Positions 38,888 through 48,394 are shown, counted from the stretch's first letter. The stretch: 59,388 bases of DNA from an uncultured virus (IMG/VR IMGVR_UViG_3300025398_000930) (IMGVR_UViG_3300025398_000930), one strand, 5' to 3'. The notes: generated by a model from the letters alone, not told the origin. Translations and numbers: made by a program.

Positions 38888-39040
38888 ATGAACAATAAGC
38901 AAAACATCGCAAAGTTTATTGACAATGTAGCTCGTAACGACTTTAAGAAAGCCGATAACATGCTTACTGTTGTAGTAAACGAAAAAATTAAACAACGTAT
39001 CCGGGAAGCAGACAAAAAGCTTTCAACAGGATCTAAGTAA
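38888..39040 (+). CDS. Small prohead core protein (gp67-like), 50 aa
   Basis: Below the track threshold; MNNKQNIAKFIDNVARNDFKKADNMLTVVVNEKIKQRIREADKKLSTGSK, between protease and scaffold. Confidence 0.6.
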   Translation: MNNKQNIAKFIDNVARNDFKKADNMLTVVVNEKIKQRIREADKKLSTGSK

Positions 39041-39077
39041 AATCTGGATATTAGTCCTGTTTTTTAACATCATTTTA

Positions 39078-39085
39078 TATAAGTA
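39078..39085 (+). promoter_or_regulatory. Late promoter-like motif for the scaffold gene
   Basis: TATAAGTA, 12 nt before ATG. Confidence 0.5.
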
Positions 39086-39097
39086 TAACTATCATAT

Positions 39098-40060
39098 ATG
39101 AGCCAAGACATTAACACTCTTTTAAAAGAAGCTACTAAGGATTTACTTTCCGAAGAAACCCTTAAGGCTATTTCTGAAGCAATCGAAGCTAAGGCTTCAG
39201 AAAAAACACAGCTCGCTGTTGAAGCTGCTCTTGTTAAACAAGATGAAGATTATTCAAACAAGCTCGAGCAGGTATTAGAAGCTATTGATGCTGACCATAC
39301 AGAAAAGCTTGACAAGATTGTTTCTCGTATTGATGAAGCACATGCTGCTAAATTTAAACATGCTTTACAATCTATCGATGAAGCTCATAGTGCAAAATTA
39401 GTTAAACTTGTAAAGCTTTATGAAAATGCTTTAAACAATGAAGCTAATAAGTTTAAAGACACATTAGTAGAACAGCTCTCCAATTATATCGATCTTTATA
39501 TTGATAAAGCAATTCCTGCACAACAAATTGCTGAAGCTACTGAAAATGCACGTTCTCGTAAGATCGTTTCAGAAGTAAAACGTTTAGTAGGCTTAAGCGA
39601 TGAATTCGTTAATGAAAACATTAAAGAAGCTTTATTAGATGGTAAGAACCAAATTGATGAAGCTAATGAACAAATCAAAAAGCTTCAAGGTCAATTACAG
39701 CTTGTTACTGAAAAAGCTGAAAACGCTGAAAAACAATTATTCTTAGAAAAGAAACTTGAAAACTTTCCAAAAGCTAAGAAAGATTATATGCTCCGCGTTC
39801 TCAGCGAAAAGAAAATAGAAGCAGTTAAAGAAAACTTCAATTACGTAGCAGAAATGTACGATAAGAAAGAAGAAGATGACGTTCAAGTTCTTAAAGAATC
39901 CACATCTTATAAAACTAAAGGTGTTGATGTTGCTCAACCAGAGGCTAAGAAAGTATTGAGCGAATCCAAGTCTTATTCTTCAGCTGAATCATTTGCAGAA
40001 GAAGGTGCACAACAAGTTGCTAACCTTTACGTATCTGAGTTTACTAAGAAAAAGTACTAA
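39098..40060 (+). CDS. gp22: Prohead scaffold protein (gp22-like)
   Basis: Acidic coiled coil with LSNYIDLYIDK; located between gp21 and gp23. Confidence 0.85.
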   Translation: MSQDINTLLKEATKDLLSEETLKAISEAIEAKASEKTQLAVEAALVKQDEDYSNKLEQVLEAIDADHTEKLDKIVSRIDEAHAAKFKHALQSIDEAHSAKLVKLVKLYENALNNEANKFKDTLVEQLSNYIDLYIDKAIPAQQIAEATENARSRKIVSEVKRLVGLSDEFVNENIKEALLDGKNQIDEANEQIKKLQGQLQLVTEKAENAEKQLFLEKKLENFPKAKKDYMLRVLSEKKIEAVKENFNYVAEMYDKKEEDDVQVLKESTSYKTKGVDVAQPEAKKVLSESKSYSSAESFAEEGAQQVANLYVSEFTKKKY

Positions 40061-40082
40061 TAAATAAATCAGATTTTTATAC

Positions 40083-40111
40083 AAAAGCCTCCAGAAATGG
40101 GGGCTTTTTTT
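40083..40111 (+). terminator. Rho-independent terminator after gp22
   Basis: AAAAGCCTCCA-GAAA-TGGGGGCTTTTTTT. Confidence 0.75.
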
Positions 40112-40118
40112 ATAAATA
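40111..40118 (+). promoter_or_regulatory. T4-type late promoter for the major capsid gene
   Basis: Exact TATAAATA directly after the terminator; a gp55-like sigma factor is encoded in the window. Confidence 0.75.
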
Positions 40119-40180
40119 TATCTACACGTTGAAGTTCTGTTAATGAACTTGAGATATTGTTAGTTAAAAAAATATTAGTT

Positions 40181-41644
40181 ATGAAATCAATTAAACCTTC
40201 ACAATCTTACATCAATCAGGATCGTGCAGCAAGCTTACTCAAAAAGTGGGCTCCATTGCTCGAGCATGCTGATGATGCAACTCCAGCGATCAAAGACGAT
40301 CACACAAAGCTAAACACAGCTATCCTTCTTGAAAATCAAGAACAATGGTGCTTAAACGAAGCTTCCAACACCGCAGGTGCTGGTGGCGCATTCGGTAATG
40401 CAGGCTCCATGGGTTTCGGTGGTAAGCCATCAGGTGACTTCTATGCTACTGGTGATGCTCGTCTGCCAAAGATCCTTATTCCGATGATCCGTCGTACTTT
40501 CCCAGAATTGATCACAAACGAAATCGTTGGTGTTCAACCTATGAGTGGTCCTGTTGGTCTCGCATTTGCTCTACGTTATCGTTATGAAGACACCCCACTC
40601 GGTGCTACAAGCCCAGACGGTGGTTATGGTGCCGCTTCAAACAACGTTCAAGGCTGGACAGCAGCTTCACAAGGAACTGAAACAGGCTGGAACTATTTAA
40701 ATACAGCTTATACAGGTACTTCTGCTTCATGGTTATCCGGTGGTGCTACAGCAATCACAGGTTCAGAAGCATTCCAAATTGCAGGTCTTTCAAACGGTTC
40801 TGCAGATAACGGTGTTGCTCAGCTATTAGCTGGTTTTGAATTAAGCTCAAACATCCCTCAGATGGTTGTTGCTTTTGAAAAGACAGCAGTTGAAGCTGGT
40901 ACACGTCGTTTAGCAGCTCGTTGGTCCGTTGAACTTGAGCAAGATCTCAAGAACATGAACGGTATCGACGTTGACAATGAATTAACGAACGCTATGTCGT
41001 ACGAAATTCAAGCTGAAATCGACCGTGAAATGATTATCCGTATGTGCCAAGTTGCTATCAACGCTGGTTACGGTCAAGGATATTCAGTATGGTCTCCAAT
41101 CTCAGCTGACGGTCGTTGGTTAGGTGAACGTAACCGTGACTTCTATGCACGTGTTATCGTTGAAGCTAACCGCGTTGCTATACGTAACCGTCGTGGCGCT
41201 GCAAACTTCATTGTTGCAACACCTCGCGTTTGCGCAATGTTAGAAATGCTTCCTGAGTTCCAATGGTTCCCTGTCCAAGGTAATGTCAACACTCAACCTG
41301 TTGGTATCGCTAAGGTAGGTACAGTTGGTGGACGTTTCAATGTTTACCGTGATACACGTACAGAAGCTCAATATCAAGTCGGTTCCCGTACAAGCCCATT
41401 AGAGTATGCTCTATTAGGTTATAAGGGTGCTGAATACTATGATACCGGTATCGTTTACTGCCCATACATCCCAGTATTGGTACAACGTACAATCGGACCT
41501 AATGACTTCAGCCCACGTGTTGGTTTAATGACCCGTTATGGCGTTATTGACCACATCTTCGGTGCAGCATTATACTACCACTTAATCATTGTAACAGGAT
41601 TACATCAATCCTTTACACCTGGTACACAAAGCGTATTCCTCTAA
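40181..41644 (+). CDS. gp23: Major capsid protein (gp23-like)
   Basis: KKWAPLL, TAILLENQ, VGVQPMSGPVGLAFALR, ELEQDLKNMNGID, YCPYIP, MTRYG; start placed at ATG 40181. Confidence 0.97.
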   Translation: MKSIKPSQSYINQDRAASLLKKWAPLLEHADDATPAIKDDHTKLNTAILLENQEQWCLNEASNTAGAGGAFGNAGSMGFGGKPSGDFYATGDARLPKILIPMIRRTFPELITNEIVGVQPMSGPVGLAFALRYRYEDTPLGATSPDGGYGAASNNVQGWTAASQGTETGWNYLNTAYTGTSASWLSGGATAITGSEAFQIAGLSNGSADNGVAQLLAGFELSSNIPQMVVAFEKTAVEAGTRRLAARWSVELEQDLKNMNGIDVDNELTNAMSYEIQAEIDREMIIRMCQVAINAGYGQGYSVWSPISADGRWLGERNRDFYARVIVEANRVAIRNRRGAANFIVATPRVCAMLEMLPEFQWFPVQGNVNTQPVGIAKVGTVGGRFNVYRDTRTEAQYQVGSRTSPLEYALLGYKGAEYYDTGIVYCPYIPVLVQRTIGPNDFSPRVGLMTRYGVIDHIFGAALYYHLIIVTGLHQSFTPGTQSVFL

Positions 41645-41675
41645 GAGGTCTACACTTTGTAAAAAGTGTTCTAAA

Positions 41676-41706
41676 AAGAACCCGCGTCGCAAGACGCGGG
41701 TTTCTT
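41676..41706 (+). terminator. Rho-independent terminator after gp23
   Basis: AAGAACCCGCGTC-GCAA-GACGCGGGTTTCTT. Confidence 0.85.
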
Positions 41707-41740
41707 ATTGCTTATTTGCAACCCTGAGTAATTAATAACA

Positions 41741-42436
41741 ATGAAAGGTGTTACCATCTTAATACCAGCTTATAAGCCAGTAAGTTTATTACAGACTTGT
41801 GTGAACTCTATAATTGAAACCACCGATTTAACTAATACAGATGTACTGGTTGTGTTGAATGGTAGTGATAAAGAGAGTTTAATGTACTTAATAGGGTTAG
41901 ATAACCCCGCGATTAAGTTCGTGTGGCACTCTGAAGCATTAGGTTTTACTAAAGCTACTAATATGGGGCTTAAAATGATTACTACACCCTATATTTTGTT
42001 AATGAACACCGATGTAAAGCTATTAAACTATTGGCCAAAAAATAAGTGGTTAGATGAACTTATAAACCCATTAAAGCAAGATAGTAATACAGCTGTTACA
42101 GGTGTTGCACCTATGACATTCTTACATAAAATCTATTTTCCCTTTTTCTGCGTAGGTTTATCCAGAGATATAATGGTTAAAATGGACTACCTTGATGAAG
42201 CATTCAGCCCTGGCTACGGAGAAGATTTAGATTATTGTTTAAGAATACAAAAAGCAGGCTACAAACAAAAACTTGTAGAAACTGATGCAGTAGCTGATCA
42301 CGATAGAAAGATATATACTTCTACATATCCTATATATCATCCTGGACAAGGTTCGTTTAAAGAAGTTGGGCCGGAACTCGCATCAAGGGGATATCATATC
42401 GTGGTGAATAAACACTTCCCTTCTGAAGTGACTTAA
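41741..42436 (+). CDS. GT2 glycosyltransferase (paralogue of 37091..38167)
   Basis: ILIPAY, LGFTKATN.G, LMNTD, LDEAFSPGYGEDLDYC, PIYH. Confidence 0.8.
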   Translation: MKGVTILIPAYKPVSLLQTCVNSIIETTDLTNTDVLVVLNGSDKESLMYLIGLDNPAIKFVWHSEALGFTKATNMGLKMITTPYILLMNTDVKLLNYWPKNKWLDELINPLKQDSNTAVTGVAPMTFLHKIYFPFFCVGLSRDIMVKMDYLDEAFSPGYGEDLDYCLRIQKAGYKQKLVETDAVADHDRKIYTSTYPIYHPGQGSFKEVGPELASRGYHIVVNKHFPSEVT

Positions 42437-42452
42437 ACTAAGTATTTTATAG

Positions 42453-43232
42453 ATGAGTAAAAAAAAGCGTCTCCAAAAACAAAAACAAACTCAACAACAA
42501 AATAACAACACTAATGATACAAAAGACAAAAGTCTAATAGTACATCAAGGTAATAAATTAGAGAGGCCGGTACAGATTCGACAAAGGCCGGATTTAACAC
42601 AGAGACAAAAAGAATTTCTTAAACTCGCTTTAGACAATCATACAAAAATCGTATTTATTACAGGCCCGTCAGGTAGTAGTAAGAGCTTTTTAGCTACATT
42701 AGTAGCTTTGGAGCTTTTAAATTTAAAGAAGGTTTCTGATTTAATATATATTCGTAGTATAGTTGAGAGTTCAGATAATAAAATGGGATACCTCCCGGGC
42801 GATGCAGCAGAGAAACTATCACCATATCTTGAACCTTTAATGGAAAAGCTTGACGAATTGCTCTGTAAAGCCGATATTAACACATTAATGAAAGAAGGAC
42901 GTATTGAAGGTAAACCAACAGGATATCTTCGCGGTCTTTCTTGGAATGCCAAAGCTGTTATTATGGACGAAGCTCAAAACAGTACATTTAGAGAGCTAAC
43001 AACCCTATTAACACGTGTGGGTCAATTTAGCAAACTGTTTATATGCGGAGACCCAATGCAATCCGATATCAACGGTAAGTCTGGGTTTGAAAAAATGTGC
43101 AATGTGTTTAATGATGTTGAGAGTAAAGAAAAGGGTATCCATGTTTTTACTCTAACAGAGGCAGATATTGTACGTAGTGAAATTGTAAAATATATTGTAA
43201 AAAAGTTGGAGCTTTATAATAAAAAATCGTAA
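42453..43232 (+). CDS. phoH: PhoH-family ATPase
   Basis: GPSGSSKS, GYLPGD, YLRG, DEAQN, GDPMQSD, DIVRS. Confidence 0.92.
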   Translation: MSKKKRLQKQKQTQQQNNNTNDTKDKSLIVHQGNKLERPVQIRQRPDLTQRQKEFLKLALDNHTKIVFITGPSGSSKSFLATLVALELLNLKKVSDLIYIRSIVESSDNKMGYLPGDAAEKLSPYLEPLMEKLDELLCKADINTLMKEGRIEGKPTGYLRGLSWNAKAVIMDEAQNSTFRELTTLLTRVGQFSKLFICGDPMQSDINGKSGFEKMCNVFNDVESKEKGIHVFTLTEADIVRSEIVKYIVKKLELYNKKS

Positions 43233-43340
43233 CTTTTATAACTACATCAGTTATACTGGCGCCAATAAATTTATTTTTTCTTAGAGATAAAAATGTAAAA
43301 ACACTTACAATACGTAAATAATATTCCCTGTACTAAAACT

Positions 43341-44318
43341 ATGATATTCGACGAACAAATCTCTCGTAAACCTAATCACTATCCTTGGACAGAGGAATTT
43401 ATCGAATCTATGCATAACGGATTCTGGACTCATAAAGAGTTCAGTTTCAAATCGGATGTGCAGCAGTTTAAAGTTAAGCTCAATGACCAGGAAAGGGAAA
43501 TCATTATCCGTACTTTATCCGCTATTGGTCAGATTGAAGTAGCGGTAAAAACGTTCTGGGCTAAGCTTGGCGAGAACTTACCGCACCCATCTTTACAGGA
43601 TCTTGGCTACGTAATGGCAAATACAGAAGTTATTCATAACAATGCTTATGAAAGGCTACTCACTATACTCGGTCTTGAAGACGTATTTGAAGAGAATCTT
43701 AAATTGGAATGGATACAGGGCCGTGTAAAGTATCTTAAGAAGTATACACATCGTTATTATAAAGATAAAAAGAAACAATATCTTTATGCTATTATACTCT
43801 TTACGTTGTTTGTAGAGAATGTATCACTTATGAGTCAGTTCTACATTATTAACTGGTTTGCACGTAATAAGAATCTGCTTAAGGATACTGATCAACAGGT
43901 TAAATACACTCGTAACGAAGAGCATATTCATGCTCTTGTTGGTATGAAGATTATTAACACTATTAGAGAAGAACACCCAGAACTCTTTGATGAAGAGCTT
44001 ACAGAAAGAATTCTTGCTGAAGCTAAAGAAGCATATGAAAGCGAAGCAAAGATTATCGATTGGATGGTTAACGGCATCAATGAAGACGGATTAACTGCAG
44101 CTCATCTTAAAGAGTTTGTAAAAGACCGTATTAACGAATCTCTCAAGGGTATTGGTTTTCCAGAAGTATTTGAAACGGATACAAAGTTACTAAAGGAAAC
44201 AGCGTGGTTTAGCGAAGAGCTGTTAGGTAATAATATGGTTGACTTTTTTTCGTCCAGGCCCGTTGAATACTCTAAAAAGTCACAATGTTTTGACGAAGAT
44301 GCGTTATTCGGTGAATAA
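43341..44318 (+). CDS. nrdB: Class I ribonucleotide reductase, beta subunit
   Basis: FW...E, EVIHNNAY, VENVSL, EEHIH di-metal ligands; DFF..RPVEY. Confidence 0.92.
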   Translation: MIFDEQISRKPNHYPWTEEFIESMHNGFWTHKEFSFKSDVQQFKVKLNDQEREIIIRTLSAIGQIEVAVKTFWAKLGENLPHPSLQDLGYVMANTEVIHNNAYERLLTILGLEDVFEENLKLEWIQGRVKYLKKYTHRYYKDKKKQYLYAIILFTLFVENVSLMSQFYIINWFARNKNLLKDTDQQVKYTRNEEHIHALVGMKIINTIREEHPELFDEELTERILAEAKEAYESEAKIIDWMVNGINEDGLTAAHLKEFVKDRINESLKGIGFPEVFETDTKLLKETAWFSEELLGNNMVDFFSSRPVEYSKKSQCFDEDALFGE

Positions 44319-44356
44319 ATTGATATTCTATAGGTCGTGTGATGTAAATAATAAAG

Positions 44357-45079
44357 ATGAGAAAACCATATTTTTATATAATAAGACATATACCCACACA
44401 AAAGTATTATGCAGGATGTAAGATAAACTCAAAAGCTAATTCTTTTAATTTTATGACTGAAAAGGGATACCAGACAACATCTGATATTATTAAGAGATTA
44501 ATTCAAAAAGATGGACTGAGTGCATTTGAAATAATTAGAATAAAACACTTTACAACACCAGAAGAAGCTTTGACATACGAAATGAAATTCTTGACAAAAG
44601 TAAATGCGGCTGAGCATCCAATGTTTTATAACAGACATAATGGAGGAAAGAACTTTGTTAATAAGGGAGGGTATAAGCTGTCTGAACATACAAAGCTAAA
44701 AATGAGAAAGCCGAAATCGCAAGAAACTGTTGAAAAGCAAAATCAGGAAAAGAGAACAAGAAGTAAAGATGTTTACAATAAAATGGTTGCAACGCGTAAA
44801 AGCCGATACACGTCCTGGCATACAGCGGAACAGATTGAACGCATAAAGCAACATAACGCCACTTGGTGGAATGAAGAGAATAGAAGAAAGCACTCTGAAA
44901 AAATGAAAGAAGTGCATAAATTGAACCCTATAAGTGAAGAAACAAGACAGAAGCATAGAGAAAAAAGCAAGGGAGCTAATAACGGTATGTTTGGCAAAAA
45001 ACATAATGAAGCAACAAGAGAAAAGTTGAGATTAGCTTGGCAAAAACGAAAAGAAGCGAAGCTATTTCTTGAAAATTAA
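44357..45079 (+). mobile_element. Free-standing GIY-YIG homing endonuclease with NUMOD3-like repeats
   Basis: PYFYII.H...KYYAG...Y.TS...E...FYN; C-terminal LSEHTKLKM, SEETRQK, NGMFGKKHNEATREKL; inserted between nrdB and nrdA. Confidence 0.8.
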
Positions 45080-45093
45080 CAAAAATAATATAA

Positions 45094-45126
45094 TATAAAC
45101 ACTATAAACACTATAAACACTATAAC
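45094..45126 (+). repeat. Tandem 9-mer TATAAACAC x3 plus a partial copy
   Basis: TATAAACAC TATAAACAC TATAAACAC TATAAC directly before the nrdA ATG. Confidence 0.9.
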
Positions 45127-45127
45127 T

Positions 45128-46780
45128 ATGAGTAACAAGAACATTTACTGGCTGAATAGCGACTCCCGCAAGTTCCTTGAACGTGGTTATCTCCTGGACG
45201 GAGAAACTGCCGAAAAGCGTATAAGAGATATAGCTGAGACAGCTGAAGATTATCTTAAGTTGAAAGGTTTTGCAGATAAGTTTGAAAGCTATATGCACCA
45301 AGGTTTTTATTCCTTAGCTTCTCCTATCTGGTCAAACTTCGGTCGTAATCGCGGTTTACCTATCTCGTGCTTCGGTTCATACATTGACGATGATATGGAT
45401 GCCATTCTGTACAAGATTTCAGAAATAGGTACTATGTCAAAAGCAGGCGGTGGTACATCTGCTTACTTTGGTAAAATACGTGCACGTGGTACCCCAATCT
45501 CGTCTGGTGGTGAATCTACTGGTGTACATCATCAATTAACTGTATTTGAATCGTTAACTGATTATATTTCGCAAGGTAACGTGCGTAGAGGTTCATTTGC
45601 TGCGTACCTACCTATCGATCATAAGGATATTGAAGAGTTCTTAAAGATTAGAAGTGATGGAGACGACATACAAAATCTTTCTATCGGTGTTTGTGTAACC
45701 GATGAATGGTTGAAGTCTATGCTTGATGGTGATAAAGAAAAGCGTCGTATCTGGGGTTTAGTTATTAAAAAGCGTTTCGAGTCTGGTTATCCTTATATCT
45801 TCTTTACTGATAATGCTAATAATCAAGCACCACAGGTATATAAAGACAAGAACATTAAGATTAACCAAAGTAATCTCTGTACGGAGATTATGCTATCAAA
45901 CGATAACGAAGAATCGTTCGTTTGTGATTTGTCTTCTCTTAACTTTGAGCAATGGGACAACTGGAAGAATACCGATGCAGTAGAAACATTAGTATACTTC
46001 CTTGATGCTGTAATGACTGAGTTTATTAATAAGACCGAGAAAATGAAGTTCATGGTACACCCAAGAAACTTTGCTATTAATCAGCGTGCGCTCGGTATCG
46101 GTGCTCTTGGTTGGCACACATACCTTCAATCCAAGATGATTGGGTTTGAAACAATGGAAGCAAAGCTACTTAATACTCAAATATGGAGTTTTGTTCGTAA
46201 GAAAGCAGATGCTGCTACAGCTCAAATGGCTGTAGAATATGGTGAACCACCTTTACTTAAAGGTTACGGTCGCCGCAATGTAACTACATTAGCTGTAGCG
46301 CCTACTACCTCCAGTTCGTTTATTCTCGGTCAAGCTTCTCCTTCAGTTGAGCCTCTCAACTCTAACTACTTTGTAAAAGACTTAGCTAAAGGTAAGTTTA
46401 CGTATAAGAACCCTTATCTTGAAGCTTTACTTGAAACAAAGAAAAAGAATACAGAGGGGGTATGGAAGTCCATTCTCGTAAAAGGTGGTTCTGTACAACA
46501 CTTAGAGTTTCTCACCCCAGAAGAAAAGGCTGTATTCAAAACTTTCGGCGAAATTAGCCAAAAAGAAATAGTAATTCAAGCTGCAGCTCGTCAAAAGTAT
46601 ATTGATCAAGGTCAATCATTAAACCTAATGATTCCACCTAACACTAAACCAAAAGATGTCAACGAGTTAATAGTATTTGCTTGGGAGAACGGTATTAAGA
46701 GTCTTTACTATCAACGCTCTGCTAATCCAGCTCAAGAACTTGCTCGTTCGATATTAACCTGTTCAAATTGCGAGTCGTAA
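45128..46780 (+). CDS. nrdA: Class I ribonucleotide reductase, alpha subunit (no ATP cone)
   Basis: PISCF, SNLCTEI, VCDLSS, APTTSSS, KSLYY, C-terminal CSNCES. Confidence 0.95.
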   Translation: MSNKNIYWLNSDSRKFLERGYLLDGETAEKRIRDIAETAEDYLKLKGFADKFESYMHQGFYSLASPIWSNFGRNRGLPISCFGSYIDDDMDAILYKISEIGTMSKAGGGTSAYFGKIRARGTPISSGGESTGVHHQLTVFESLTDYISQGNVRRGSFAAYLPIDHKDIEEFLKIRSDGDDIQNLSIGVCVTDEWLKSMLDGDKEKRRIWGLVIKKRFESGYPYIFFTDNANNQAPQVYKDKNIKINQSNLCTEIMLSNDNEESFVCDLSSLNFEQWDNWKNTDAVETLVYFLDAVMTEFINKTEKMKFMVHPRNFAINQRALGIGALGWHTYLQSKMIGFETMEAKLLNTQIWSFVRKKADAATAQMAVEYGEPPLLKGYGRRNVTTLAVAPTTSSSFILGQASPSVEPLNSNYFVKDLAKGKFTYKNPYLEALLETKKKNTEGVWKSILVKGGSVQHLEFLTPEEKAVFKTFGEISQKEIVIQAAARQKYIDQGQSLNLMIPPNTKPKDVNELIVFAWENGIKSLYYQRSANPAQELARSILTCSNCES

Positions 46781-46974
46781 TGGGGCTTGAGTTAGATAAT
46801 ACACGCTGTGTTTGCAATAATATTTCGTATAAAGAAATTATACATCTTGTTGATAAACACGAAGATATAAATTCTATAGAAGGCTTGCAACAGTATTGTA
46901 ATTGTGCGGACAGGTGTAGTAAATGTAGTGATGATGTCCAAAAAATTATTGATTTTTTTAGAAAAGAACAATAA
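46780..46974 (+). CDS. BFD-like [2Fe-2S] protein
   Basis: CVC...(about 30 aa)...CSKC; TAATG overlap with the nrdA stop. Confidence 0.65.
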   Translation: MGLELDNTRCVCNNISYKEIIHLVDKHEDINSIEGLQQYCNCADRCSKCSDDVQKIIDFFRKEQ

Positions 46975-46985
46975 TTATTATTGCT

Positions 46986-47396
46986 ATGAAACTAACTAAC
47001 TACAATAGTAGCGCATACAGACCAACATCTCTCGTTGAACAACTATTCAACAGGGATCCGTTCGATCACCCTTTCTTTTGGGGTGACGTCAGCCGTACAG
47101 GAGATACTGTACGGTTTAAAGAAGGGGACGAGCTCACCGTAGAGGTGGATCTTCCCGGTGTACCTAAAGATAAAACAAACGTTACAGTAGAAGGTAGAGT
47201 TGTAACGATTGAAGGAGCTCGTAAGGTTATCCATAAAGGTGGAACCCAAGAAGAGACCTTTAGTCGCAGTTTTACTGTCGCTAATACGTTTAATCTTGAC
47301 AAAGCTAAAGCCGTACAACAAGACGGTGTCCTTACTCTAACCTTTCCAAAAAATAAGGTAGAGTCTGGTGGCAAAAAGGTTATTGATATTGATTAA
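46986..47396 (+). CDS. Small heat-shock protein (Hsp20)
   Basis: VEVDLPGV.K....V.VEG..VTIEG.R, FSRSF, A....GVLTLTFPK. Confidence 0.9.
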   Translation: MKLTNYNSSAYRPTSLVEQLFNRDPFDHPFFWGDVSRTGDTVRFKEGDELTVEVDLPGVPKDKTNVTVEGRVVTIEGARKVIHKGGTQEETFSRSFTVANTFNLDKAKAVQQDGVLTLTFPKNKVESGGKKVIDID

Positions 47397-47414
47397 CAAC
47401 TTGGCAAGGTACGT

Positions 47415-47443
47415 GGGGGAGGGAGAAATCTCTCCCCTTTTTT
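47415..47443 (+). terminator. Rho-independent terminator after hsp20
   Basis: GGGGAGGGA-GAAA-TCTCTCCCC-TTTTTT. Confidence 0.75.
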
Positions 47444-47458
47444 ATTGTAAGTATTAAT

Positions 47459-48394
47459 ATGAAAAAGTATTTTGTAATAGTATTAACATCCTTGTTTTTT
47501 GCAGGGTGTTTAGGCCTTCCTAAATTCAATACACCTAAAGTAGACACAACTACGTCTGCAGCGGTTGTAGTGAAAGCAGAGGACACCAAAAAGCAAGTTG
47601 ATGCTGCAGCAGAAGCTAATGCTAAAGTTGAAGCAGCACGTAAAGAAATGGAATTACAATATGCTAAGTTTAGAGATGGTTTACAGAAAGCATACGATGA
47701 TAGAACTAAATTAGATGACGCTAATTTTGCAAAAATAGGAGAATTAAATTACGGTATATACATTGTTACTCAAGAGAAGAAGAAACAAGACATTAACACA
47801 CTTATAGCTCACTTACGTTCAAAAGAAATAATGAACCGTACAGATAAGACTACTCCTGAACAAAAGACAGCTATAGCTAAAGAAGTAGATGATGAAAAAA
47901 CAAAAACTATAGATCAATTATATCTCAAATACAATGCGCAGGTGGAATTAGCTATATCTCAAAAATCTCAGTTAGATAATGCAGAGGCTTTAATTGCCCA
48001 AAAAGAAAAAGAAAAAGAACAACTAAGACAAGCACAACAAGTCACTATTAATAAAATACAGGCTGAAAAGGACGCTGAACTTGCGCGATTAAAAAGAGAA
48101 GCTGCAGATCAATTAGCAATTGCTAAAGCCAATCAAAAAGCAGAAATGTTAGGTTATATTATTAAAGCCTTGGTAGGGGTAGGTATACTATTCTTGGTAC
48201 TTGCTATACTGTTAAAGAGTATTAGTATGGGTATTGGCGCATTAGCTTGTTTAGCGTTAGCATATGTAGCTGCTACTGTACCTATATGGGTAATTGGTAG
48301 TGTTGTAGGTGTAGTAGTATTACTACTAATTTGGGAATCTCACGGGTCTAAACTTAAAAAGACTCTAAAAACTACCCCGCCGACAACTCAATAA
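47459..48394 (+). CDS. Lipoprotein with a long coiled coil and C-terminal membrane helices (spanin candidate)
   Basis: MKKYFVIVLTSLFFAGC lipobox; about 210 aa helical region; hydrophobic C-terminal block of about 65 aa. Confidence 0.6.
   Translation: MKKYFVIVLTSLFFAGCLGLPKFNTPKVDTTTSAAVVVKAEDTKKQVDAAAEANAKVEAARKEMELQYAKFRDGLQKAYDDRTKLDDANFAKIGELNYGIYIVTQEKKKQDINTLIAHLRSKEIMNRTDKTTPEQKTAIAKEVDDEKTKTIDQLYLKYNAQVELAISQKSQLDNAEALIAQKEKEKEQLRQAQQVTINKIQAEKDAELARLKREAADQLAIAKANQKAEMLGYIIKALVGVGILFLVLAILLKSISMGIGALACLALAYVAATVPIWVIGSVVGVVVLLLIWESHGSKLKKTLKTTPPTTQ

Noticed and set aside
45094..45126. TATAAACAC repeats as a mini-CRISPR or iterons
   Set aside because: Only three directly abutting 9-mers, no spacers and no initiator gene nearby
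43341..46780. Group I intron interrupting nrdB or nrdA
   Set aside because: Both reading frames appear complete with their terminal motifs, so the endonuclease is intergenic
42453..47396. phoH, hsp20 and nrdAB as novel auxiliary genes
   Set aside because: They are routine in environmental T4-like phages
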